IMG/VR virus record: IMGVR_UViG_3300035670_000137
Span: 12,782 to 76,781 of that record
Reading direction: 5' to 3' (one strand)
Length of the DNA: 64,000 bases
Source: a virus
Positions 20,770-29,566 of this stretch are shown in pieces (positions within the stretch are counted from its first letter, which is position 1; every line of letters starts with the position of its first letter). Both the position numbers and the translations under genes were made by a program. Below the pieces are notes generated by a model. That model made no database searches and was not told where the DNA came from. It was given only the letters and a program-made list of their open reading frames with translations.

Positions 20770-21147
20770 ATGAAATACGACGTTGTTAAACTCCACGCTT
20801 TCGCTAATAAAATCGCCGTTGCTTTTTGGGATTATGCCAAGCAATATTGGCGTGAGGATATTGGCGAAATGCCGGAAATTCGGATGAATTCGCGATTGAC
20901 TAGCACTGCCGGTCGCGCTTTTCTTCAAGATAACTATGTCGATTTGTCTTGCTATCTGTTGCAGAATAACCCCGAATATTTCCGCATCGATACTATTCCA
21001 CATGAATTGTGCCATCATATTGCTTTCCGTATTTATGGTGATCGTGGTCACGGTAAGGGTTGGAAATATGTAATGAAATCGATGGGATTATCCGGTGATC
21101 GTTGTCATACGAGGCAAACTAAATATCAAGCTGAAAGGGCTAAATAA
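20770..21147 (+). CDS. SprT-like zinc metalloprotease
   Basis: RLTSTAGRA...TIPHELCH...GHGKGWK. Confidence 0.85.
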   Translation: MKYDVVKLHAFANKIAVAFWDYAKQYWREDIGEMPEIRMNSRLTSTAGRAFLQDNYVDLSCYLLQNNPEYFRIDTIPHELCHHIAFRIYGDRGHGKGWKYVMKSMGLSGDRCHTRQTKYQAERAK

Positions 21148-21464
21148 TGTCATACGTTACTATTAATAAACATGATGCTGGTATTCTGTTTAATACTGCG
21201 GAATTGGCTGCGTTGGCCGTATTTAATAAATATGAGCAAACGATTAAAGAATACTATGCTGATAGGATTACAACTAAAAAGATTCTGGGGATTAGCTTTA
21301 AGGTTGATAATTCTAGAATGCAGGACGAAATGTCAATAATTATTCCTAAATATAGGGTTAAAGAGACAATTGATAAGATTCGGCAATTGAATGCAATGCT
21401 TGAATACGCCGATGAAATGAATATTTCAACAAAAGACTGGGAAATTATTACTCGCTATATGTGA
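21147..21464 (+). CDS. Hypothetical protein
   Basis: Coupled ORF (TAATG overlap). Confidence 0.65.
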   Translation: MSYVTINKHDAGILFNTAELAALAVFNKYEQTIKEYYADRITTKKILGISFKVDNSRMQDEMSIIIPKYRVKETIDKIRQLNAMLEYADEMNISTKDWEIITRYM

Positions 21465-21491
21465 GCACTTACCAACCAAAAAGGTCTTTAG

Positions 21492-21531
21492 AATCAAGGG
21501 CTTAGCGGGGCCCTGGCCTAACCCCTTGATT
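21492..21531. promoter_or_regulatory. Inverted pair of IHF-consensus sites, copy 2
   Basis: AATCAAGGGCTTA-14 bp-TAACCCCTTGATT. Confidence 0.7.
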
Positions 21532-21732
21532 TATAAGGGGTTAGGCCAGAAACGCACCAACCTGGGGCGCGCCGATTTTACCACGGCCGGCGTGGAATGT
21601 CAATAGGCCGCGGCATCAAATGTTTTTATGGGCGCATAAAAATTACTTCGAAAAAATTTTTGCGAAAACGCTTGACAGCCTGGGGCAATGGGCGCATAAT
21701 ACGTTCATCAAATAACGAAAGGTAATAAACAA

Positions 21733-22206
21733 ATGTCAATTAAGCGTGTTCAGATTTACGATATGGATGGAACCATTGTGGATTCCACGCATCGTTATCG
21801 GACGATTTCGGAAAATGGAATCGAAAAGATTGATCTTGAATATTGGCGTGCTAATGAATATCGCGCAATGGATGATTCATTGCTTCCGCTTGCAGATCAA
21901 TATAAGGCTGATTTGGCTGATCCTGAATGCTATGTTATTATCGCAACTGCTCGCGTTCTGAATGAACCGGATATTAAATTCATTAATGAAATTCTCGGGA
22001 AACCGGATTATATTATTTCTCGGAAACCGGATAGCAGCATTTCCGGCGGTGTTTTAAAGGTTAATGGATTGCGTAAATTCTTTAATCTCAAGAATTTCAA
22101 AAATGCTGCGTTTGTGTTTTATGAGGATAATGCAGCATATCTGAAAAAGGTTTGCGATACTTTTAAAATCTCCGGTGTATATTGTCCGTCTAATCAGGGT
22201 CACTAA
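21733..22206 (+). CDS. HAD-superfamily phosphatase (possible nucleotidase, functional analogue of T5 Dmp)
   Basis: YDMDGTI motif I, ATAR motif II, FYEDN motif IV; pre-early location. Confidence 0.75.
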   Translation: MSIKRVQIYDMDGTIVDSTHRYRTISENGIEKIDLEYWRANEYRAMDDSLLPLADQYKADLADPECYVIIATARVLNEPDIKFINEILGKPDYIISRKPDSSISGGVLKVNGLRKFFNLKNFKNAAFVFYEDNAAYLKKVCDTFKISGVYCPSNQGH

Positions 22207-22210
22207 AATC

Positions 22211-22906
22211 ATGGCTAAAAAAGAATATTTCCTCATTGTTGATACTGAAACGACGGCGAATGATACTGTTTTCGATTTCGGTGCGGTTGTTTGTGATCGC
22301 AAGGGTAATATTGTGCAGAAATGCGCGATTATCGTAAAAGAGGAATTGGATAAAGATTTGTTCTTTGATCCGAAAGCGGAAGGCATTTGGTCGCGTCAAT
22401 ATGCGAATAAGAAAAAAGCCGGTTATCTGGAAATGATTAATAATGGTAATCGGATGGTCGCATCTGTTGCCGCTGTTAATCGTTGGCTTGAAAAGGTAGC
22501 GGCTAAATATAATCCGACTATTACCGCTTATAATTTCGCTTTTGATCGTGAGAAATGCGCGAAAACCGGAATTGATTTGTCGATGTTTAATTCTAGCTTC
22601 TGCCTTTGGCATTTGTCCTGCTCGATTTATGCTAAGACTAAGGCTTATCGGCAATTTATTCTCGATAATCATTATTTCGGTAATCGGACTAAATTCGGCA
22701 ATATGACTTACAAAACCAATGCCGAGGTTATGGCTCATTTTGTAACTGGTAATTATTCAGAAGAACCGCATACTGCAATTGAAGATGCTCAATATTATGA
22801 GCTTCCGATTCTGGTTTCTATTCTGAAAAAGAAAGGCTGGAAAAATAAAATTGGAACCGCTTATAATTGGAAAGATTACCAATTAAAAGATAATTTTAAG
22901 GCTTAA
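22211..22906 (+). CDS. DEDDh 3'-5' exonuclease
   Basis: VDTETT, AYNFAFD, HTAIEDA motifs. Confidence 0.85.
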   Translation: MAKKEYFLIVDTETTANDTVFDFGAVVCDRKGNIVQKCAIIVKEELDKDLFFDPKAEGIWSRQYANKKKAGYLEMINNGNRMVASVAAVNRWLEKVAAKYNPTITAYNFAFDREKCAKTGIDLSMFNSSFCLWHLSCSIYAKTKAYRQFILDNHYFGNRTKFGNMTYKTNAEVMAHFVTGNYSEEPHTAIEDAQYYELPILVSILKKKGWKNKIGTAYNWKDYQLKDNFKA

Positions 22907-22920
22907 TAGGAAAATATAAA

Positions 22921-23118
22921 ATGAATACTTTAATTTATCGTGAAAATGGGAATATTGAACAAAAAGAATTCAAATCAATATATGAGGCTGCAAACTGGGT
23001 AAAAGAAAATACCGGATATTTTGAGGCAAATGAGAATATTTTAATTGTTGATTGGAAAATGAAAGAACAGCAATGGTTCCAATTGCAATTAACTATTAAA
23101 TTGGTTGAATTAGAATAA
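22921..23118 (+). CDS. Hypothetical protein
   Basis: ORF with AGGA RBS. Confidence 0.6.
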   Translation: MNTLIYRENGNIEQKEFKSIYEAANWVKENTGYFEANENILIVDWKMKEQQWFQLQLTIKLVELE

Positions 23119-23273
23119 TATTATAAATATGGCTGATATACTATTTATAATCTGGATAATATATTGGCTATATATTGCCTTTATTGCTGAATAATATTAT
23201 AAATAGGTCTTATATAAGACCTATTTTTTCGGCCAGGATGTAAGCGAGCACTCACTCCAGAAAAAGCCTTTAG

Positions 23274-23313
23274 AATCAAGGACTTAGGTGGAGGCCCCGC
23301 TAACCCCTTGATT
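23274..23313. promoter_or_regulatory. Inverted pair of IHF-consensus sites, copy 3
   Basis: AATCAAGGACTTA-14 bp-TAACCCCTTGATT. Confidence 0.7.
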
Positions 23314-23488
23314 TATAAGGACTATTTTTCGACTATCAATGACTTACAGAACATGGCACGCTTCTTGCTTCAATCCTGGCTCATAAGAAATTTTTATGCT
23401 AGGATAGAAATTACTTCGAAAAAAGTTCTTGACAAGATGAAACGGTCGGAGCATAATATGCCCATGTTAAACGATAGGATTAATTGAA

Positions 23489-23698
23489 ATGATTGCTTGG
23501 ATTGGTACGATTTGCGGTATTATTGGTGCTTTGCTTGTTGCCGCTAATAATGGTCATCAGGACATTGGTTATATGTTCTTTTTGGTAGGTGCGGGTTTTT
23601 CTCTTGCATCATCGATCAAAGAAAAGCACAAAGCGAATATCGCTCTTTGGTCGGTTTTCTTTTCGATTAATGTTTATGGATTGATGCGTTATGTCTAA
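23489..23698 (+). CDS. Small membrane protein
   Basis: Three hydrophobic segments; follows promoter at 23429. Confidence 0.7.
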   Translation: MIAWIGTICGIIGALLVAANNGHQDIGYMFFLVGAGFSLASSIKEKHKANIALWSVFFSINVYGLMRYV

Positions 23699-24044
23699 GA
23701 AATTGGAAAATGAGGTTAAGCGATTCGCTTATGATTTTATGGAAAAAATGGGCTGGAAACCTGTCCATATTAATCGGATCAAAATCTCTAATATGCGTCG
23801 TTATAAGGGATTGTGTATAACTGAAGATTGCGAATCGGTTTATATCATCCTGAGCGAGCATACTCACGACAACAATAAGGATTTTTTCGCTACGCTTATT
23901 CATGAATTGATCCATGCACATTTGCTGATTAATAAGCATAAGTTTATGTCACATCATAAGCATGGCAAAATGTTTAAGCGTTACGCTAAAAAGGTTGAAA
24001 AGAAAACAAACGGATATTATACTGTCGAGGAAATCGTAAAATGA
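23691..24044 (+). CDS. SprT-like zinc metalloprotease, second copy
   Basis: TLIHELIH...HGKMFK. Confidence 0.75.
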   Translation: MSKKLENEVKRFAYDFMEKMGWKPVHINRIKISNMRRYKGLCITEDCESVYIILSEHTHDNNKDFFATLIHELIHAHLLINKHKFMSHHKHGKMFKRYAKKVEKKTNGYYTVEEIVK

Positions 24045-24357
24045 AAAAGACTTTCGAGGAATGGAAAAAGCAGGTTGATCTGGAAATCGAAAAGCGTGCT
24101 TATGGCTTGAATTCTGACGATCTGCCCGATTATGATTATTGGGCTGAATGGGAAGCCGGAGAATCTCCGGTTTTTACTGCAAAGGCTGCAATTCAAAACG
24201 CGAAGGATTATTAAAATGGAATTCGATCTAGTTGATGAAATGATGTGGGAAGATTTAATTGATTTTGAATCTCTTGAATCTGTCGGGCTTGAGGATTCAT
24301 ATTGTGGAGATACTGTTCCGGCGGCCCAGGCTGTATATTACTCGGAGGAAATGTGAT

Positions 24358-24582
24358 ATGATAAAACTCGTTATTTCTTTTGATGAATTCGAAGGCGTAT
24401 TAGGTCATCTTGATCCGCATTTGGATGCCGCTTGCCAAGCAATGGAAGCATATAACGATTGGCTTTGCGATTATCTGGAAAATCAATTCCCTGATTGGGA
24501 TATTGAACTGGCATTTGATTTTAATAATGCCGAATGGGATTTTGATAATACCGAGGTACATATTCCAATGATCGTGCAATAA
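24358..24582 (+). CDS. Acidic hypothetical protein
   Basis: MIKLVISF ORF with GGAGG RBS; Asp/Glu rich. Confidence 0.55.
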   Translation: MIKLVISFDEFEGVLGHLDPHLDAACQAMEAYNDWLCDYLENQFPDWDIELAFDFNNAEWDFDNTEVHIPMIVQ

Positions 24583-24614
24583 TCGTGCCAGCAAAACCCC
24601 GAAAAGTCCTTACA

Positions 24615-24654
24615 AATCAAGGACTTAGCGGGGCCCCTGGCTAACTCATTGATT
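24615..24654. promoter_or_regulatory. Inverted pair of IHF-consensus sites, copy 4
   Basis: AATCAAGGACTTA-14 bp-TAACTCATTGATT. Confidence 0.7.
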
Positions 24655-24837
24655 TTAAAGGCTTTTTTCGGCGTATGACAGCATAATATCCTGGGCTTGT
24701 CCAATCAAATTTTTCTATATGAGGATAGAAATTTTCGTGTTGCTTTGCCGAATCCGATTCTGTATAATTCTTTACATGGGATGACGAACTGGCTCAACGA
24801 AATCCCAAACCCTAAACCGAGCCACTAGGAAAATGCT

Positions 24838-25176
24838 ATGACCAAGACCGTCAATTATACTCCGGAACAAACCGTTGAACTCGTTTCCGCTTATACCGCG
24901 AATCCGTCGCAAGAAACTGTTGTGATGTTTGCCGAAAAGCTCGGCAAGTCGGTTCGGTCGATTGTTGCCAAACTCTCCCGCGAGGGCGTTTATAAGGCCA
25001 AGGAATACACGACCAAGAAGGGTGAAAAGCCGGTCAAGAAGGATTCGATGGCTGACGCTATCGGTGCGGTTCTCAAGCTGACCGAAGCTGAAACCGATTC
25101 GCTTGCGAAGGCTAACAAAACGGCTCTTGCCAAGATTTTCGAGGCTCTTGCCAATTCCAAGCCGATCGACGGCTAA
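24838..25176 (+). CDS. A2-like DNA-binding protein, copy 2
   Basis: Close paralogue of 19901-20248 (shared GKSVRSIVAKLSREGVYKAKEYTTKKG). Confidence 0.8.
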   Translation: MTKTVNYTPEQTVELVSAYTANPSQETVVMFAEKLGKSVRSIVAKLSREGVYKAKEYTTKKGEKPVKKDSMADAIGAVLKLTEAETDSLAKANKTALAKIFEALANSKPIDG

Positions 25177-25193
25177 AAGCAAAAAGCATACCA

Positions 25194-25219
25194 GATACCC
25201 GCTTCGGCGGGTATTTTTT
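25194..25219 (+). terminator. Rho-independent terminator
   Basis: ATACCCGC-TTCG-GCGGGTAT followed by T-run. Confidence 0.85.
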
Positions 25220-25336
25220 CGTCCCGAGCCAGGCGGGCACGATTCTTGCGCCCAAATTTTGTGCCAGCGCCTGGGCATGATAATTGCTAATAGGAATCGC
25301 ACGTAACCCATTGATTCACTAAAAATAAGCCTTTAC

Positions 25337-25376
25337 AATCAAGCACTTAGGGCCGGGGCCCCATAAACCTTTGAAA
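25337..25376. promoter_or_regulatory. Inverted pair of IHF-consensus sites, copy 5 (second half degenerate)
   Basis: AATCAAGCACTTA-14 bp-TAAACCTTTGAAA; further single sites at 25304, 25454, 25497. Confidence 0.6.
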
Positions 25377-26358
25377 GTCAAGACAATTTTTTCGAACCTT
25401 ATCAGGCACTTACCTCCGCCGACCATCACCTAAGTTGCCGCCGCCAGCGCGCGAATCAAGGACTTACGTCACGAACCTCCAAAAATTCATCCATCAAATC
25501 AACCACTTATACCACCATAAATCCGCAGCTCCGCTGCGCCTGAGTGCAAAAACAGTGCAAATCCTAAATTTTCGAGGGCTGCCCCAAGCCTTGTCAAGTG
25601 CAAAAATCTCAACCTGCCACCGCCGGACCGCTACACCAGTGCAGGTGCGAAAATTTTGAGGCCCCTGGCTGCGCCCATTATAAAGTGGGAAACCTGTGAG
25701 TGTCAAGACTAAATTTTCGAAGGTTGGACCTGGCGGCGAAATAAGTGAAGAACAATTAGTGCCTGGCTCGCGGCCTTCGCCGCAATTTGGCACGATTTAT
25801 TTTCCATAGCGGCAATTTGGCACGATTTAGGGTCAAATTCAAACAATTTAGGACAATTTATGCGATTTGTGCGCTTTTTGCGACATAAGTACCGAATTTG
25901 GCACTTGTGCTCGGCGTGGTGGGCCGGATTTTAACCTATTCCAAACCGCTTCAGGCTTGAAATTTCTGTCTTGATATAAAAAACCGGAGCGACTATAATA
26001 TAAAAATGTTGTGAAGCCCTGGCACTTTGGGAAACAATAAAAAATTTAGACTTGCGACACGGAGTTAAAGCGAATATAATATTTACATGATGTGAGAGAG
26101 GGGAACCAAGATGGATGAGGATAGAATCACTTCTTTTTGGTATGATACGTCGCTTGAATGGGGCGTTACCGTAGCAGAAGCATCAGATGAAAATGTTGTG
26201 TGTAGCATAGTAGCAGCGATGTTTGAAGACGATGTACCGTTTTAACATCCTGACCCTAAATTGTAGCAAACCGTAGCAAATTGTTTTACACATTATCAAT
26301 ATTGGCTGAGGACTGCGAAGCCAAACAACCAAAACCAAATCAAGAAAGGCAGCAAATT

Positions 26359-26658
26359 ATGAACACGAAAGTCCAAAACTACTCCGCCGAAACCGTTGAA
26401 AAGATGGTGTTCGATTACAAAGCTGGTGTTGCTGTTGAGCAAATCGCTCAGGAAATCGGGAAGTCTGTCCGGTCTGTTGTGGCCAAGCTCTCTCGCGAAG
26501 GTGTCTACGTTGCTAAGAAGTCTGCTGCGAAGGCAGATGGCAAGGTCACCAAAGCTGATCTGATCGCTAAGATCGCCGCGAAGTTCGAAGTTGAGGCGGA
26601 AGTCCTGGCCTCCCTCGAAAAGGCTACCAAGGAAGCTCTCGAAGTTCTGGCAGCTTAA
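26359..26658 (+). CDS. A2-like DNA-binding protein, copy 3
   Basis: NYSAE...GKSVRSVVAKLSREGVY...ASLEKATKEAL. Confidence 0.8.
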   Translation: MNTKVQNYSAETVEKMVFDYKAGVAVEQIAQEIGKSVRSVVAKLSREGVYVAKKSAAKADGKVTKADLIAKIAAKFEVEAEVLASLEKATKEALEVLAA

Positions 26659-27046
26659 TCAAATTTAGGGTCGGGTGAGCAAAAGATCCTGACCCTAAAT
26701 TGCTACATGGGCGAAGTGAGAAATTGCTTTCCCTAAACCGCAGCAGGTTGATCACCAAGTGACCGGCTTGCTGCGATTAGAGTAAGAGCAATAAGTCTTA
26801 GGTGCGTAGAGACTATAAAAGTGACGCATACCGTAATGGGGAAAACATGTAGAAATTTTACATTAACGAAACCCGTCCTAGTGCTCACTAGAGATTTAAC
26901 TGTTAGAGCTATGAGCAAGCTAACTAACGTCGGAGAAAGTAACCGACCCTAAATTGCAGCATATCGAAAGGTATGCTGCATTTTTTGTATCTACTCATTT
27001 CACCAAAGAAAAAGCCAGGTCTGATTTCTCAGCCTGGCTTTTTTGC

Positions 27047-27370
27047 TTACTGTTTCAATTCTCTTATACGTTGTTCCATCAGTATAAGTGCTGTTTTTGT
27101 TACCTTTTCACAAGATTCCAGCAAATCGATATTAATATCAAGAAGTTTTGCAATCCTCTCGATATACTCCTCTTTCTTAACTGGAGTTTCGCCACGCTTG
27201 TTGAGGTACTCTTTCCTCTTATAAACACCTAGCGAGCTTAACTTAGCAATAACTGAGCGAACTGGAACAACTTCAGTATCAGTAGATAACTTAGCAGCTA
27301 ATTCCTCTACAGGAATACCTGCTTTATAATCTTCTATTAATTTATTTACGATCTCTAAAGTGTATTTCAT
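27047..27370 (-). CDS. A2-like DNA-binding protein, copy 4
   Basis: YKAGIPVEELA...VRSVIAKLSSLGVY...ESCEKVTKTAL. Confidence 0.75.
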   Translation of the reverse strand: MKYTLEIVNKLIEDYKAGIPVEELAAKLSTDTEVVPVRSVIAKLSSLGVYKRKEYLNKRGETPVKKEEYIERIAKLLDINIDLLESCEKVTKTALILMEQRIRELKQ

Positions 27371-27371
27371 A

Positions 27372-28130
27372 TTAGATATCCCATTCTAATATAGTTTTAG
27401 GTGCTTTTACTTCAGTATCAATTAAGGAGGAAGGCATTTCATCCCAATTACTCGGATTTAGTACCATATACTCATGTCTAATTGTAGGATGAGCAAGCCA
27501 TACCTGAGTTAACATAATTTTAGCCAACCTGGGTAAAGCATCGAATTCTTCTACACCGGTATGCGTTATAGTAGTAGTGCTAACAGGATTTTTGACTGTT
27601 CCAGCCTTATCTCCTGTTTTAATTGTAGATCCAATTACTCGTAGTTCTAGTAGTTCCTCTTTAGTATAGCTTGGACATACACAATACATAGCATTATATA
27701 TATCTGGATCTACTAAACTCTTAAAGTTTACCCATTTAGAGTAGGGAATGGATTGATACTTCTTAAAGGCAGCTAAAAATAAAGGAACGAGAGCACTATA
27801 AGGCAACATATCCGGGCTAGTAGCTTTTACACCGGCGGGGATAATAATACCTCTAGGACTACTCATCAAGTATAGTAACAAACCTTTAAACCATTCTGAC
27901 CCTAAATCGCAGCGAGTTATTGCTTGCCTAACAGTTAGTACTCCATCATACATACCATCAGCATTCTTAACTGGTGTAACTTTACCCAGATAAGCTAAAG
28001 CTTGAGGTAGTGCCCAACTAGAATACTTTGCGAAGGATTTGCGTTGATTAGTACCTTCTGGACCATCTTCATAAACTAACTGAAAGGGTACCTCTTTTAA
28101 CTCTCTTTTGCTAAAACTAAAAGTTGCCAT
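27372..28130 (-). CDS. Hypothetical protein
   Basis: 252-aa ORF directly upstream of A2-like copy 4; minus-strand promoter near 28452-28480. Confidence 0.75.
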   Translation of the reverse strand: MATFSFSKRELKEVPFQLVYEDGPEGTNQRKSFAKYSSWALPQALAYLGKVTPVKNADGMYDGVLTVRQAITRCDLGSEWFKGLLLYLMSSPRGIIIPAGVKATSPDMLPYSALVPLFLAAFKKYQSIPYSKWVNFKSLVDPDIYNAMYCVCPSYTKEELLELRVIGSTIKTGDKAGTVKNPVSTTTITHTGVEEFDALPRLAKIMLTQVWLAHPTIRHEYMVLNPSNWDEMPSSLIDTEVKAPKTILEWDI

Positions 28131-28791
28131 TTTATTTCTTTCTTGGTGGGTGCGGCATTTTCAGCAATTTGCTATAGCCACTTAAATTAAAAAACAACCA
28201 AAAATAGGGGTATTTTCAATTATTAAAAAACCTATTTTTAGCTTAAACAATAAATACAATTTGCCCCAAAAAGACAAATTATATTAAGTGTAACCGAGGT
28301 GCGAGCAGATTTAGAAAATTTCTGAGAACATGATCTCTGGGATGAAGGTTTTCGTTTTAGAATTCGAAAAACGCTATCCCAGGAGTTCACAGAAATTTAC
28401 AAATCTGCAACACCTCGGTAAAATTGAATTAAGTAATCCAATTTATATAATATTATATCATCTGCAGAAGCATAAGTCAAGGATAATTTTTTCTCAGCAG
28501 GTGAGGGGCGTTATTTATTGATAGTTATATTATACGGGTTTAAGCGATTAAAGTCAAGTGAGCTTTTGAGGTAGTGAAATTTTAGACTTGAATTTATTAG
28601 CGGAATGGTGTATAATATAAAAATGGAGGGAGTATGTACGAGAGAAAATATGTTTCCGCTTTAGAGGATCTAATAATGGATGAGCTACTGCCTATGTATA
28701 TAGTGGGCTGTAGATCTACTGGTATTGATCCTAGGGCTAATGCAATTTTAGCAAAACTAATGGACGCTAGAAAACTACGAGAAGAAATACC

Positions 28792-29064
28792 ATGGATACT
28801 GAAGGCAGAATAGAATTTATAGCACTACTAGACCAGGAACTGGCAGCAGTGCGAGCAATGTTAATTAAAAAGAACGAAGCATACGGCAATTCTGCTCTAA
28901 ACCCTCTCCGAATTTTCGCCAAAGGCGATAGGTTGGAGGGACTTAGGGTCAGGATGGATGATAAACTTAGTCGGCTTGCCCGAGGCAATGCCGATGATGA
29001 GGACGTAGTGTTAGACCTGCTGGGCTACTTACTCATTTATAGAATCGCCCAGCAAGGTCTATGA
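28792..29064 (+). CDS. DUF1599 / nucleotide modification-associated domain protein
   Basis: KKNEAYGNS...RMDDKLSRL...DLLGYL. Confidence 0.75.
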   Translation: MDTEGRIEFIALLDQELAAVRAMLIKKNEAYGNSALNPLRIFAKGDRLEGLRVRMDDKLSRLARGNADDEDVVLDLLGYLLIYRIAQQGL

Positions 29065-29104
29065 TCGCTACGGGATCACTTTTAGTTGTCTAAGGAGACT
29101 AAAA

Positions 29105-29566
29105 ATGCGTAAAACACAACTAATGGGAATGATTGAACTTTTAGACAGTCTGTCTGCTAATACATGGAAGCAAGTGGAAAGCTGGAAACAGAGTATTCCG
29201 AACTGGCCACCATATAATTTTAAGAAGACTGACGAAAATCATTATGTAATTGAAATGGCTGTAGCTGGCTTCGGCAGTTCAGACCTGGATATTACAATGG
29301 ACAAGGATACTTTAGTAATTAAAGGATCCATGACTCCTGACCCTAAAGTGGAGTATATTCACAAAGGTATTGCAGAACGTGCATTTGAAATGGCGTTTCC
29401 GCTGCCTAAAACTGTAGAAGTTAAAAACGCTTCTCTAGTAAATGGAATGCTGAAAGTATGGCTAGAAAACTTTGTTCCAGAGGATCAAAAGCCTCGTAAG
29501 ATCGAAGTTAAGGAAGCTGTATCAGCAGATCTTAAAACTGTAGAAACGGCTAAAATAGCTGCTTAA
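29105..29566 (+). CDS. Small heat-shock protein (Hsp20, IbpA-like)
   Basis: PPYN..K....YVIEMAVAGF...YIHKGIAERAF...A.L.NGML. Confidence 0.92.
   Translation: MRKTQLMGMIELLDSLSANTWKQVESWKQSIPNWPPYNFKKTDENHYVIEMAVAGFGSSDLDITMDKDTLVIKGSMTPDPKVEYIHKGIAERAFEMAFPLPKTVEVKNASLVNGMLKVWLENFVPEDQKPRKIEVKEAVSADLKTVETAKIAA

Noticed and set aside
20314-24654. dif/att recombination sites
   Set aside because: Spacer is 14 bp rather than 6-8 bp, halves fit IHF rather than XerC/D, and no recombinase is in the window
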